Shown here: one piece after another, positions 19,832 to 28,255 of the stretch
How the letters are laid out: each line of letters starts with the position of its first letter
Numbering within the stretch: position 1 is the stretch's first letter
Origin: Candidatus Binatia bacterium
GTDB taxonomy: Bacteria; Desulfobacterota; Binatia; UBA9968; JAJDTQ01
Direction: 5' to 3'
Assembly (NCBI GenBank): GCA_963666515.2
Contig: OY762897.2
Span: forward strand, 2,528,001-2,592,000
DNA length: 64,000 nucleotides
Translations under genes and position numbers: made by a program
The notes under the pieces: generated by a model
The model's database searches: none
What the model was told of the DNA's origin: nothing
The model's input: the letters and a program-made list of their open reading frames with translations, nothing else

Positions 19832-20668
19832 TTAGGCGTGTAGCAGCGCCTGCTCTTCCCTCCGTCGCTTCCGCACGGCGAGCAGCCCCAATAAGGGACC
19901 CGATAGGGTGTACGTTAATAACGCCGAGAACAGCACGATCTGCCACATAGCGATGGTCAGTATAATGACTGCGAGCGCGGAAAGCAACAACCAAATGGTG
20001 CTGCGTTTCTTGAAGTGGTGCTGCTTCAGGCTGAAATAGCGGAAGTTGCTCACCATGAGCCCCGCCAGCGCGCATGCGATGACGATGAAGACCACGGGCT
20101 TGCCCTGGGTGTTCTCGAGCCCCAGCATGAAATACATGAAGATGGTGGCCGCGATCATGGCCGCGGCCGCGGGGATGGGCAGCCCGGTGAAGTAGCTCTT
20201 TTCCGCGGCCAGGGTCTGGACGTTGAAGCGGGCCAGCCGCAACGCTCCACAGACGGCGAACAGCGCCGCGCCGAGGCCCCCCCAGATGCCCCAGGGGGCC
20301 AGCGCGAATATGTAGACCAGCACCGCGGGCGCCACCCCGAACGACACCACGTCGGCCAGGGAGTCGAACTCAACGCCGAACTGGCTGGTGGTGTGGGTCA
20401 GCCGCGCCACCGCGCCGTCGACCCCGTCCAGCAGGTTGGCGGCTATGATCAGCACCGCCGCCTTGTGGTAGTCCCCGTCGAAGGCCAGCAGGATCGCGAA
20501 CACGCCGCAGAAGAGATTGCCCGCGGTGAAGAGGCTGGGCAGGAGGTAGATGCCGCGGCGCAACCGGTTGGACGGACTCCGCCGCTTCATGCGGCGGCGG
20601 CCGATCTTCCCCTGGGGGATCAGCCGGACCTTCTTGAAGGGCGCGCCGGTCTTCTCGGAACGTTCCAT
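19832..20668 (-). CDS. pssA: CDP-diacylglycerol--serine O-phosphatidyltransferase
   Basis: LPSLFT.GN, DGVDGAVAR..SQFGVEFDSLADVVSFG, LRLARFN, FTGLPIP. Confidence 0.95.
   Translation of the reverse strand: MERSEKTGAPFKKVRLIPQGKIGRRRMKRRSPSNRLRRGIYLLPSLFTAGNLFCGVFAILLAFDGDYHKAAVLIIAANLLDGVDGAVARLTHTTSQFGVEFDSLADVVSFGVAPAVLVYIFALAPWGIWGGLGAALFAVCGALRLARFNVQTLAAEKSYFTGLPIPAAAAMIAATIFMYFMLGLENTQGKPVVFIVIACALAGLMVSNFRYFSLKQHHFKKRSTIWLLLSALAVIILTIAMWQIVLFSALLTYTLSGPLLGLLAVRKRRREEQALLHA
19959..19987 (-). promoter_or_regulatory. Internal sigma70 promoter inside pssA, pointing at leuA
   Basis: TTGCTT-N17-TATACT. Confidence 0.6.
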
Positions 20669-20677
20669 GATCTCCGC

Positions 20678-21289
20678 TCAGAGCCTGGCCACGATGGTCT
20701 CGCCGCCGCGCACCCGCTGGCCCGCGACCACCTCGACCGCGGCGTCCCGCGGCAGGTGGAGATCCACCCTGGAGCCGAACATGATCAGCCCGAAACGTTC
20801 GCCCCGCTTCAACGCATCGCCGCGGCCCACGTAGCACACGATCCGGCGCGCGAGGAAGCCGGCGATCTGGACGATGCGAAGCGTCCTTCCCTCATCGTCC
20901 ACCAGCTCGATGGCGTTGCGTTCGTTCTCGTCCGACGCCTTGCCCTTGTAGGCGGCCATGAAGTGCCCCGTCTGGTAGCGGACGTCCGCCACTCGCCCGT
21001 TCATGGGCGCCCGGTTGATGTGCACGTCCAGGGGCGACAGGAAGATGCTGAGCCTGCGGCCGGCGGGGTCCGAGGCATCGCCCACGTCCACCACCTTGCC
21101 GTCCGCCGGCGACACCACCACCCCTTCCGCATCCGGGGGCACCCGCTCCGGGTCGCGAAAGAACCCCGCCACGGCCGCGGCCACCGCCAGCAGCCCTACT
21201 CCGGCCACGGCCCAGCCCACGGCCATGGCCGCCGCGGCCAGCCCCAACGCGGCGAAAACGAACCGATAACCTTCCCTTGCAATCCTGAT
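20678..21289 (-). CDS. psd: Phosphatidylserine decarboxylase proenzyme (short type); start uncertain
   Basis: FFRDPER, SPADG, IFLSPLDVH.NR, FGSRVD cleavage motif; frame extends upstream to IRIAREGY. Confidence 0.93.
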   Translation of the reverse strand: MRIAREGYRFVFAALGLAAAAMAVGWAVAGVGLLAVAAAVAGFFRDPERVPPDAEGVVVSPADGKVVDVGDASDPAGRRLSIFLSPLDVHINRAPMNGRVADVRYQTGHFMAAYKGKASDENERNAIELVDDEGRTLRIVQIAGFLARRIVCYVGRGDALKRGERFGLIMFGSRVDLHLPRDAAVEVVAGQRVRGGETIVARL

Positions 21290-21338
21290 GGCGGTGCTCC
21301 CCTGTTTCGTCAGGAGTCTGCCGTATCCACCCGCCCCG

Positions 21339-22355
21339 CTAGTTCCTGCTCTTGTCCACCAGCCGGTTCTCGGCCAGCCACGGCATCATGGACCGGAGCT
21401 GCTCGCCCACCTTCTCGATGGGGTGGCTCCGGGAGGTCTGGCGCAAGTCGTTGAAGCGAGGGGAGCCGGCGCGGTGCTCGTTCATCCACTCGTCGGCGAA
21501 CTTGCCGGACTGGATGTCCGCCAGGATCTCCTTCATGACCTTGCGCGTCCCCTCGTCCACGATCCGGCTGCCGCGGGTGAGGTCGCCGTATTCCGCGGTG
21601 TTGCTGACCGAATAGCGCATGTTGGCCAGTCCGCCCTCGTAGATCAGGTCGACGATCAGCTTGACCTCGTGGCAGCACTCGAAATAGGCCATCTCCGGCG
21701 GGTAGCCCGCCTCCACCAGCGTCTCGTAGCCCGCCTGGATCAGCGAGGTGAGGCCGCCGCACAGCACCGTCTGCTCGCCGAACAGGTCCGTTTCGGTCTC
21801 GTCCTTGAAGCTGGTCTCGATGACCGCGGCGCGGGCGCCGCCGATGGCCGCGGCATAGGCCAGGCCCACCGGCGTGGTGTCCCCGGTAGGATCCTGCTCG
21901 ACGGCCAGCAGGCAGGGCACCCCCCTGCCCCGCTCGAACTCGCTCCGCACCAGGTGCCCCGGCCCCTTGGGCGCCACCATGAAGACGTTGACGTCCTCGG
22001 GGGGCACCACGCGCTTGAAGTGGATGTTGAAGCCGTGTCCGAAGGCCAGGTAGTTGCCCGGCTTGAGGCCCGGCCGGATCACGTCCCGGTAGACGTCGCC
22101 CTGAAGCTCGTCGGGCAGCAGCACCATGACCACGTCGCCCGCCTCGGCCGCCTCGGCCGTCTCCATCACCGTCAGGCCGGCATCCGCGGCCTTGGCCCAG
22201 GAGGCGCTGTCGCGCCTGAGCCCCACCACCACGTCCACGCCCGAGTCGCGCAGATTGCTGGCGTGCGCGTGCCCCTGGCTGCCGTAGCCGAGCACCGTGA
22301 CCTTGCGGTCGCGGATCAGGCTCAGATCCGCGTCCCGGTCATAGTAGACCTGCAT
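21339..22355 (-). CDS. ilvC: Ketol-acid reductoisomerase
   Basis: [30 protein letters not shown]. Confidence 0.97.
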   Translation of the reverse strand: MQVYYDRDADLSLIRDRKVTVLGYGSQGHAHASNLRDSGVDVVVGLRRDSASWAKAADAGLTVMETAEAAEAGDVVMVLLPDELQGDVYRDVIRPGLKPGNYLAFGHGFNIHFKRVVPPEDVNVFMVAPKGPGHLVRSEFERGRGVPCLLAVEQDPTGDTTPVGLAYAAAIGGARAAVIETSFKDETETDLFGEQTVLCGGLTSLIQAGYETLVEAGYPPEMAYFECCHEVKLIVDLIYEGGLANMRYSVSNTAEYGDLTRGSRIVDEGTRKVMKEILADIQSGKFADEWMNEHRAGSPRFNDLRQTSRSHPIEKVGEQLRSMMPWLAENRLVDKSRN

Positions 22356-22394
22356 GATAAACCTCCTGTTTCGTGGAAGCCGGCCGGACCCCCG

Positions 22395-22874
22395 CTACGC
22401 GGGTTCCCGGGCGATGGCGATCCGGCCGGTGCGGACGATCTCCTTGATGCCCATGGGCTTCAACAGGTTGATCACCGCCTGGATCTTGCCGGAGTCTCCC
22501 GACACCTCCAGGGTATAGGTCTGCGGCGTCGAGTCGACGATGTTGGCGCGGAAGATCTGCGCGATCCGGATGGCTTCGTCCCGGTGCGCCTGCTTGGCGC
22601 CGATCTTGATGAGCGCCGTTTCCCGGTCGATGTGGTTCTCTTCGGTGAGATCGACGACCTTGAGGACCTCGATGACCTTGTTGAGCTGCTTCATGATCTG
22701 CTCGATGATGACCTCGTCGCCGGAGGTCACGATGGTGATCATGGAGATGGTGGAGTCCGGGGTGGGCGCCACCGAGAGGCTCTCGATGTTGTAGTTGCGG
22801 GCGCTGAACAGGCCGGCCACCCGCGCGAGCACCCCCGCCTTGTTCTCGACCAGGACCGAGATGATGTGTTCCAT
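22395..22874 (-). CDS. ilvN: Acetolactate synthase small subunit
   Basis: MEHIISVLVENKAGVLARVAGLFSARNYNIESL, EIVRTG. Confidence 0.96.
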   Translation of the reverse strand: MEHIISVLVENKAGVLARVAGLFSARNYNIESLSVAPTPDSTISMITIVTSGDEVIIEQIMKQLNKVIEVLKVVDLTEENHIDRETALIKIGAKQAHRDEAIRIAQIFRANIVDSTPQTYTLEVSGDSGKIQAVINLLKPMGIKEIVRTGRIAIAREPA

Positions 22875-22885
22875 CCGCCAAACCC

Positions 22886-24661
22886 TTACGCCGGCAGCAC
22901 GGCGTCCGCATCCTCTCCCTTTTTCCGCGAGCCCTTGCGCGCGGTCTTCATGTGCGGAGGATCTTCCAGCACCATCTCGTGATGAGCCCCGCCTGCCGGG
23001 ATCATCGGATAGCAGTTCTCGAACCGGTCGATGGCGAAGTTCATCAGCACCGGCCCCTTGTGCTTGAGCCCTTCCTTCAGCACCGCCTCCACGTCCGCCG
23101 GCCCTTCCGAGTGGAGGCCGAGAATCCCGTAGGCCTCCGCCAGCTTCACGAAGTCGGGGATGGCGCCCAGGTCGCTGGAGGCGTAGCGCCCCTCGTAGAA
23201 CAAGTCCTGCCACTGCCGCACCATGCCGTGGAACTGGTTGTTGAGCAGGATGATCTTCACCGGCAGCTTGTAGATGGCGGCCACGGCCAGCTCCTGGAGG
23301 TTCATCTGGAAGCTGCCCTCGCTGGTGATGCAGAGCACCGTCTTGTTGGGGTACGCCTTCTGCGCGCCGATGGCCGCCGGGAACCCGAACCCCATGGTGC
23401 CGAGCCCGCCCGAGGTGAGGAAGGTGCGCTGCTGGGCTCCCCTGAAGTACTGCGCCGCCCACATCTGGTGCTGGCCCACGTCGGTAACGACGATGGCCTT
23501 GTGCTTCGTCAGCTCGTAGGCCTTCTCGATGACGTACTGCGGCTTGGTCTCCTTCTTGCCCTCCTGCTGGTAGGCCAGCGGGTGCTGGGCGGACCACTCG
23601 TTCACCTGCTTCTGCCACGGGCTCCGCTGCGCCTTGACGCTGGCGGGATTGCCGTCCATGGAACTCAGCACCTGCACCAGCTCCCGCAGCACCGTCTTCA
23701 CGTCGCCCACGATGGGGATGTGGGCGTGGACGTTCTTCTTGATGGAGGTGGGGTCGATGTCGATGTGGATCACCCGCGCCCGGGGCGAGAACTCGGACAG
23801 CTTGCCGGTCACGCGGTCGTCGAAGCGCGCGCCCACGGCGATCAGAAGATCGGCTTCGTGCATGGCCATGTTGGCGCTGTAGGTGCCGTGCATGCCCAGC
23901 ATGCCCATGCACAGCGGATGAGTTCCGGGGAAGGCGCCCAGCCCCATGACCGTCATGGTGAGCGGGATCTGCGTCAGTTCCGCGAACTCCCGCACCTCGT
24001 TGGCCGCGCCGGAGAATATGGCCCCGCCGCCGACGTAGATGACCGGTCGCTTTGCCTTCATGATCTCGCCGGCCGCCTGCTTGATCTGGTAGCGGTTGCC
24101 GGTCACCGTCGGGCGGTAGCCCCGGATGTCGACCTTGTCCGGATAGCGGAAATCCGCGGACTCGGTGCTCACGTCCTTGGGGATGTCCACCAGCACCGGA
24201 CCGGGACGGCCGGTGTTGGCGATGTAGAAGGCCTCCTTGATGGTGGCCGCCAAGTCGGCCACGTCCTTCACCAGGACGTTGTGCTTGGTGCAGGGCCGGC
24301 TGATGCCGATGTTGTCGGCTTCCTGGAAGGCGTCGTTGCCGATGAGGTTGGTGGGGACCTGCCCGGTGAAGGCCACCAGCGGCACCGAGTCCATCATGGC
24401 GTCCTGGAGGCCCGTGACGATGTTGGTCATGCCGGGACCCGAGGTCACCAGCGCGACTCCCGCCTTTCCGGTGGCCTTGCCATAGCCTTCCGCCATGTGG
24501 ATCGCGCCTTGCTCGTGCCGGGTCAGGATAACCTCGACGTCCTTCTGCTGGTGCAGGACGTCGAACAGCTTGAGGACCACTCCGCCGGGAATGCCGAAGA
24601 TCGTCTTCACTCCCTCGCGCTTGAGCGACTCCACAAATATTTCCGACCCGTTCAACTTCAT
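22886..24661 (-). CDS. ilvB: Acetolactate synthase large subunit
   Basis: RHEQGA, TSGPG, DAFQE, GMLGMHG, DVGQHQMW, GMVRQWQ. Confidence 0.96.
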   Translation of the reverse strand: MKLNGSEIFVESLKREGVKTIFGIPGGVVLKLFDVLHQQKDVEVILTRHEQGAIHMAEGYGKATGKAGVALVTSGPGMTNIVTGLQDAMMDSVPLVAFTGQVPTNLIGNDAFQEADNIGISRPCTKHNVLVKDVADLAATIKEAFYIANTGRPGPVLVDIPKDVSTESADFRYPDKVDIRGYRPTVTGNRYQIKQAAGEIMKAKRPVIYVGGGAIFSGAANEVREFAELTQIPLTMTVMGLGAFPGTHPLCMGMLGMHGTYSANMAMHEADLLIAVGARFDDRVTGKLSEFSPRARVIHIDIDPTSIKKNVHAHIPIVGDVKTVLRELVQVLSSMDGNPASVKAQRSPWQKQVNEWSAQHPLAYQQEGKKETKPQYVIEKAYELTKHKAIVVTDVGQHQMWAAQYFRGAQQRTFLTSGGLGTMGFGFPAAIGAQKAYPNKTVLCITSEGSFQMNLQELAVAAIYKLPVKIILLNNQFHGMVRQWQDLFYEGRYASSDLGAIPDFVKLAEAYGILGLHSEGPADVEAVLKEGLKHKGPVLMNFAIDRFENCYPMIPAGGAHHEMVLEDPPHMKTARKGSRKKGEDADAVLPA

Positions 24662-24692
24662 GGTTTCTCTCCCTGGCTCTCCCCAGCCCGCC

Positions 24693-24920
24693 TCAGCTTG
24701 CCGACTTGTACTTGCCCAGAATCTGCATGATCCTGTCCTTGCCGACGAGCTTCAGCTTCTGGATGCGTTTCTTCTCCATCTCCTCTTCCGGCGACAAATG
24801 GCCTCTGTCATGCAGGGCCACCAACTGCTTCTCGTACTCCAGGTGTTCTTCATAGTATTTGCGCAGTTCCGGGTCCTTATCCAAGACAGAGGCAATCATT
24901 CGTTCCTCTCTCTCCTCCAT
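24693..24920 (-). CDS. DUF465/YdcH-like small coiled-coil protein
   Basis: EH..YEKQL...LSPEEE.EKKRIQKLKL.GKD; SD AGGAGG. Confidence 0.82.
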   Translation of the reverse strand: MEEREERMIASVLDKDPELRKYYEEHLEYEKQLVALHDRGHLSPEEEMEKKRIQKLKLVGKDRIMQILGKYKSAS

Positions 24921-24958
24921 TGGACGACCTCCTGATCGTTGGTTTGGGCAAGCGATAG

Positions 24959-24987
24959 AATTTATCCAACGGCCGGATTTTTGTCAA
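24959..24987 (-). promoter_or_regulatory. Promoter of DUF465-ilv-leu operon
   Basis: TTGACA-N17-TAAATT. Confidence 0.65.
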
Positions 24988-25056
24988 TGAGCGGGCGCCG
25001 CTCGGGTGCACGACAAGGATGGAGCAGGTCGCAGGAGGATGGGTGGCCAGGGGTGC

Positions 25057-25093
25057 TTGACAAACTTCCTTATTGATAATAAATTATCAATAA
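25057..25093 (+). promoter_or_regulatory. Promoter overlapped by Fur/Zur-like operator
   Basis: TTGACA-N17-TAAATT; palindrome TTATTGATAAT-AA-ATTATCAATAA (25070-25093). Confidence 0.8.
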
Positions 25094-25278
25094 TGCCTGA
25101 GATCAGAAAGCCGACTGTGCGTAGGCCAATCGGAATCAATGGCTCCGTGGGAGAGACACGGTTCGGACGTGCCGTCTCGCCTCTGGGCAGTGGCGTAGCC
25201 GTTCAACTCGTTTGGGCAGGCACCCTCGCGACCCTGCTGTGGGTCGCCGCGGCCTGGGCGATGGGATGGCTGCCATGA
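25093..25278 (+). CDS. Small membrane protein preceding the ABC ATPase
   Basis: 61 aa ending in hydrophobic LVWAGTLATLLWVAAAWAM; ATGA overlap with the ATPase start. Confidence 0.55.
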   Translation: MPEIRKPTVRRPIGINGSVGETRFGRAVSPLGSGVAVQLVWAGTLATLLWVAAAWAMGWLP

Positions 25279-26018
25279 CAGCCGTCTTTTCCCTCCACGA
25301 CGTCACCCTGGGGTACGACCGCCATCCGGCCGTGCATCACCTGACCGGCAGCTTCGCAGCCGGTTCGTTGACGGCGCTGGTCGGCCCCAACGGGTCAGGC
25401 AAGAGCACCTTGCTCAAGGGACTGATCGGGCTCCTGGCGCCTCTTGACGGCCACTTGGAACGCAACGGTCTGCGCCAGGGCGATATTGCCTATCTGCCCC
25501 AGCAGGCGGAGATCGACCGCAGTTTCCCGATTTCGGTGATCGAGACGGTGTCGCTGGGTCACTGGCGGACGACCGGCCTGTTCCGCCCGCTCACGCGTAC
25601 CCTGCGGCGGCAGGCCGAGAAAGCGCTGGTGGCCGTAGGTCTCGATGGCTTCGGGCGACGGCCGATTGCCTCGCTGTCGGCGGGGCAGTTTCAACGGGTC
25701 CTGTTTGCGCGCATGCTGCTACAAGACTGTCCTGTCATTCTGCTCGACGAGCCCTTCACGGCAATCGACGCCAGGACCACGGCCGACCTTCTGAGGGTGG
25801 TGGTGAGATGGCATGGCGAAGGACGAACGATCATCGCCGTGCTGCATGACCTCGACCAGGTACGAGAGAGTTTTCCCGACACCCTGCTGATGGCCCGGGA
25901 GCCCATTGGCTGGGGGGCGACTACCAAGGTCCTGCGGGCAGAACATCTCTTCCAGGCGCGACAGATGGCGGAGGCGTGGGATGACCGTGCCGAGGTCTGC
26001 TGGCGAGGCGTTGCCTGA
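25275..26018 (+). CDS. znuC: Zn/Mn ABC transporter ATP-binding protein
   Basis: GPNGSGKST, AYLPQ..EIDRSFP, LSAGQFQR, LLDEPF, VLHD. Confidence 0.88.
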   Translation: MTAVFSLHDVTLGYDRHPAVHHLTGSFAAGSLTALVGPNGSGKSTLLKGLIGLLAPLDGHLERNGLRQGDIAYLPQQAEIDRSFPISVIETVSLGHWRTTGLFRPLTRTLRRQAEKALVAVGLDGFGRRPIASLSAGQFQRVLFARMLLQDCPVILLDEPFTAIDARTTADLLRVVVRWHGEGRTIIAVLHDLDQVRESFPDTLLMAREPIGWGATTKVLRAEHLFQARQMAEAWDDRAEVCWRGVA

Positions 26019-26890
26019 TGGACATCCATGCCGCCCTGATCCAGCCCTTCATCGAGTTCGGGTTCATGCGCAGGGCGCTGGCGGCTTGCCTGGCGCTCAG
26101 TCTCGGCTGCGGCCCGGCGGGCACTCTCCTGGTTCTGCGCCGCATGAGCCTCGTCGGGGATGCCTTGAGCCACGCCGTGCTGCCGGGTGCGGCCATTGGT
26201 TTCATGATCGCCGGGCTCTCGCTCGTCGTCATGAGCTTCGGCGGCTTCATCGCGGGCCTCATCGTGGCGGGGCTGTCCGGTCTCGTGGCGCGTGTGACGC
26301 CTCAGCGCGAGGATGCCAGCTTTGCCGCCTTCTACCTCATTTCGCTGGCGCTCGGGGTGCTCATTGTCTCCACACACGGCAGCAACGTCGATCTCATGCA
26401 TGTCCTGTTCGGAACCATTCTCGCCGTCGACGATGCGTCCCTGCTGCTGATTGTCTCGATCGCGACGCTGACTCTTTTCATCCTGGCCGTCATCGGACGC
26501 GGATTGATCGTCGAGTGCTTCGATCCCGGCTTCCTGCGCGCCGTGGGTGGCCCCGGCGCGGCCCTTCACTTCGTGTTTCTGGTGTTGGTCGTCATGAACC
26601 TCGTCGCCGGGTTCCACGCGCTCGGTACGCTGATGGCGGTGGGTTTGATGATGCTCCCGGCCGCGGCCGCGAGATTCTGGGCCGGCAAAGTTGCGACACT
26701 CGCGGCCACAAGCAGCGCCATCGCCTTCGCTTCCGCGTATGCGGGGCTGCTGCTCTCTTACCACGTAAACCTTCCGTCCGGACCGGCCATCATCCTGGTC
26801 GCCGGGGGCGTCTACATCGTCTCGGTTGTCGCGGGTCCGCGCGGCAGCCTGCGGGCGCGGTTCCTGCCGCTCCGCCATCTCGAAGCTTGA
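26018..26890 (+). CDS. znuB: Zn/Mn ABC transporter permease
   Basis: LRRMSLVGDALSHAVLPG, DLMHVLFG, PSGPAIIL. Confidence 0.88.
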   Translation: MDIHAALIQPFIEFGFMRRALAACLALSLGCGPAGTLLVLRRMSLVGDALSHAVLPGAAIGFMIAGLSLVVMSFGGFIAGLIVAGLSGLVARVTPQREDASFAAFYLISLALGVLIVSTHGSNVDLMHVLFGTILAVDDASLLLIVSIATLTLFILAVIGRGLIVECFDPGFLRAVGGPGAALHFVFLVLVVMNLVAGFHALGTLMAVGLMMLPAAAARFWAGKVATLAATSSAIAFASAYAGLLLSYHVNLPSGPAIILVAGGVYIVSVVAGPRGSLRARFLPLRHLEA

Positions 26891-26912
26891 ATCGCAAAGG
26901 AGGATCCAAACC

Positions 26913-27827
26913 ATGCATCGCCTTTCACGCCGCTTGTTTCTTGCCGCGCTTGTCACCCTCGCCGTCGCCGCGGCGTCTCCATCCTGGGCAGCCGACAAGC
27001 TCAGGGTCGTTGCCACCTTCACCATTCTCGGAGACATGGTGAGGAATGTCGGCGGGGAGCACGTCGCCCTCACCACGCTGGTCGGGCCGGACGGTGATGC
27101 CCACGTCTACGAACCGACTCCGGCCGATGCGCGCGCGCTGGCCCAGGCGGACCTCGTCCTCGTCAACGGCCTTGGCTTCGAAGGCTGGATCGACCGGCTC
27201 GTCAAGGCATCCGGCTACAAGGGGCCGGTTGCCGTGGCCAGCGAAGGAATTGCCTTGTTGAGAGCAGAAGAGGATCACGGACATGGCCACCATGGGGACG
27301 AATTCGACCCTCACGCATGGCAGGATCTCGTCAACGGACGCCTCTATGTCATCAATATCGCTCGCGCACTTGCTACGGCCGACACGGCCCGCGCCGACGA
27401 CTACCGCCGTCGTGCCGAAGCTTACGATCGCGAGCTGGTGACGCTGGACCGGGACATCCGCAGCCGGCTCGACGGCGTCCCCGCGGAACGGCGCAAGGTG
27501 ATCACCTCGCACGACGCGTTCCGGTACTTTGGGCGCGCCTACGGCATCGGCTTTCATGCCCCGGTCGGTCTCAGCACCGAAGACGAGCCGTCTGTGGGCG
27601 AAGTGGCCGCTCTTATTCGCCAGATGCGGGATGAGGGCATCCGCACATTGTTCGTCGACAACATCACCGACGCCCGCCTGGTGCAGCAACTCGCCCGTGA
27701 AGCCGAGGCCGTCATTGGCGGTACGCTCTACTCGGACTCGCTTTCCGGCACCACCGGTCCGGCGCCGACCTATCTCGACATGTTCCGCCACAACGCGGGC
27801 GAAATCGTCAAGGCCTTCACGAACTGA
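26913..27827 (+). CDS. znuA: Zn/Mn ABC transporter substrate-binding protein (cluster A-I)
   Basis: DAHVYEP, NGLGFEGW, His loop DHGHGHHG, DPHAW, TSHDAF.YF, LYSDSL. Confidence 0.88.
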   Translation: MHRLSRRLFLAALVTLAVAAASPSWAADKLRVVATFTILGDMVRNVGGEHVALTTLVGPDGDAHVYEPTPADARALAQADLVLVNGLGFEGWIDRLVKASGYKGPVAVASEGIALLRAEEDHGHGHHGDEFDPHAWQDLVNGRLYVINIARALATADTARADDYRRRAEAYDRELVTLDRDIRSRLDGVPAERRKVITSHDAFRYFGRAYGIGFHAPVGLSTEDEPSVGEVAALIRQMRDEGIRTLFVDNITDARLVQQLAREAEAVIGGTLYSDSLSGTTGPAPTYLDMFRHNAGEIVKAFTN

Positions 27828-27859
27828 GCGGGCGCCGTGTCGCCGGGAGAAGATGGAAC

Positions 27860-28255
27860 ATGTTGATCAACACATCAGCGCGTAGCCCGAACCGCGAACG
27901 GGTCCGGCATATCAAGGAGGCCTTGCGCGCAGCGCTGAGCCTTCCCGACGGCACGACGGTTACGGTCACCGAGCTGGCATGTCTCGAAGAGGGCTGTCCG
28001 CCCATCGAGACCGTGGTTGCTCTGCTTCGGCCCGATGCCCCGCCGCTGCAACACAAGCTTCACAAAACCACGGACGCCGTTGACGCCGAAGACCTGGTCC
28101 AGGTCTGCAAGGCGTGGGGGTTCGACGTCCAGCTTCCCATACTCGCACCTCTGCTCCAGGAGAACCAGATATGGACACGCCACAAAAAATACCTGTTTCC
28201 ATCCTCACCGGCTTCCTCGGCTCCGGCAAGACGACCCTGCTCAACCGGATCCTGA
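27860..28255 (+). CDS. Small CxExGCPP-motif protein
   Basis: VTELACLEEGCPPIETVV; 3' end overlaps the GTPase gene by 85 nt. Confidence 0.7.
   Translation: MLINTSARSPNRERVRHIKEALRAALSLPDGTTVTVTELACLEEGCPPIETVVALLRPDAPPLQHKLHKTTDAVDAEDLVQVCKAWGFDVQLPILAPLLQENQIWTRHKKYLFPSSPASSAPARRPCSTGS

Noticed and set aside
19961-19966. Perfect TATAAT on the plus strand inside pssA (antisense promoter)
   Set aside because: No convincing -35; it overlaps the better-formed minus-strand promoter
19832-21289. psd-pssA inside the ilv-leu operon as a novelty
   Set aside because: I recall this order from deltaproteobacteria such as Geobacter; only the embedded attenuator is reported
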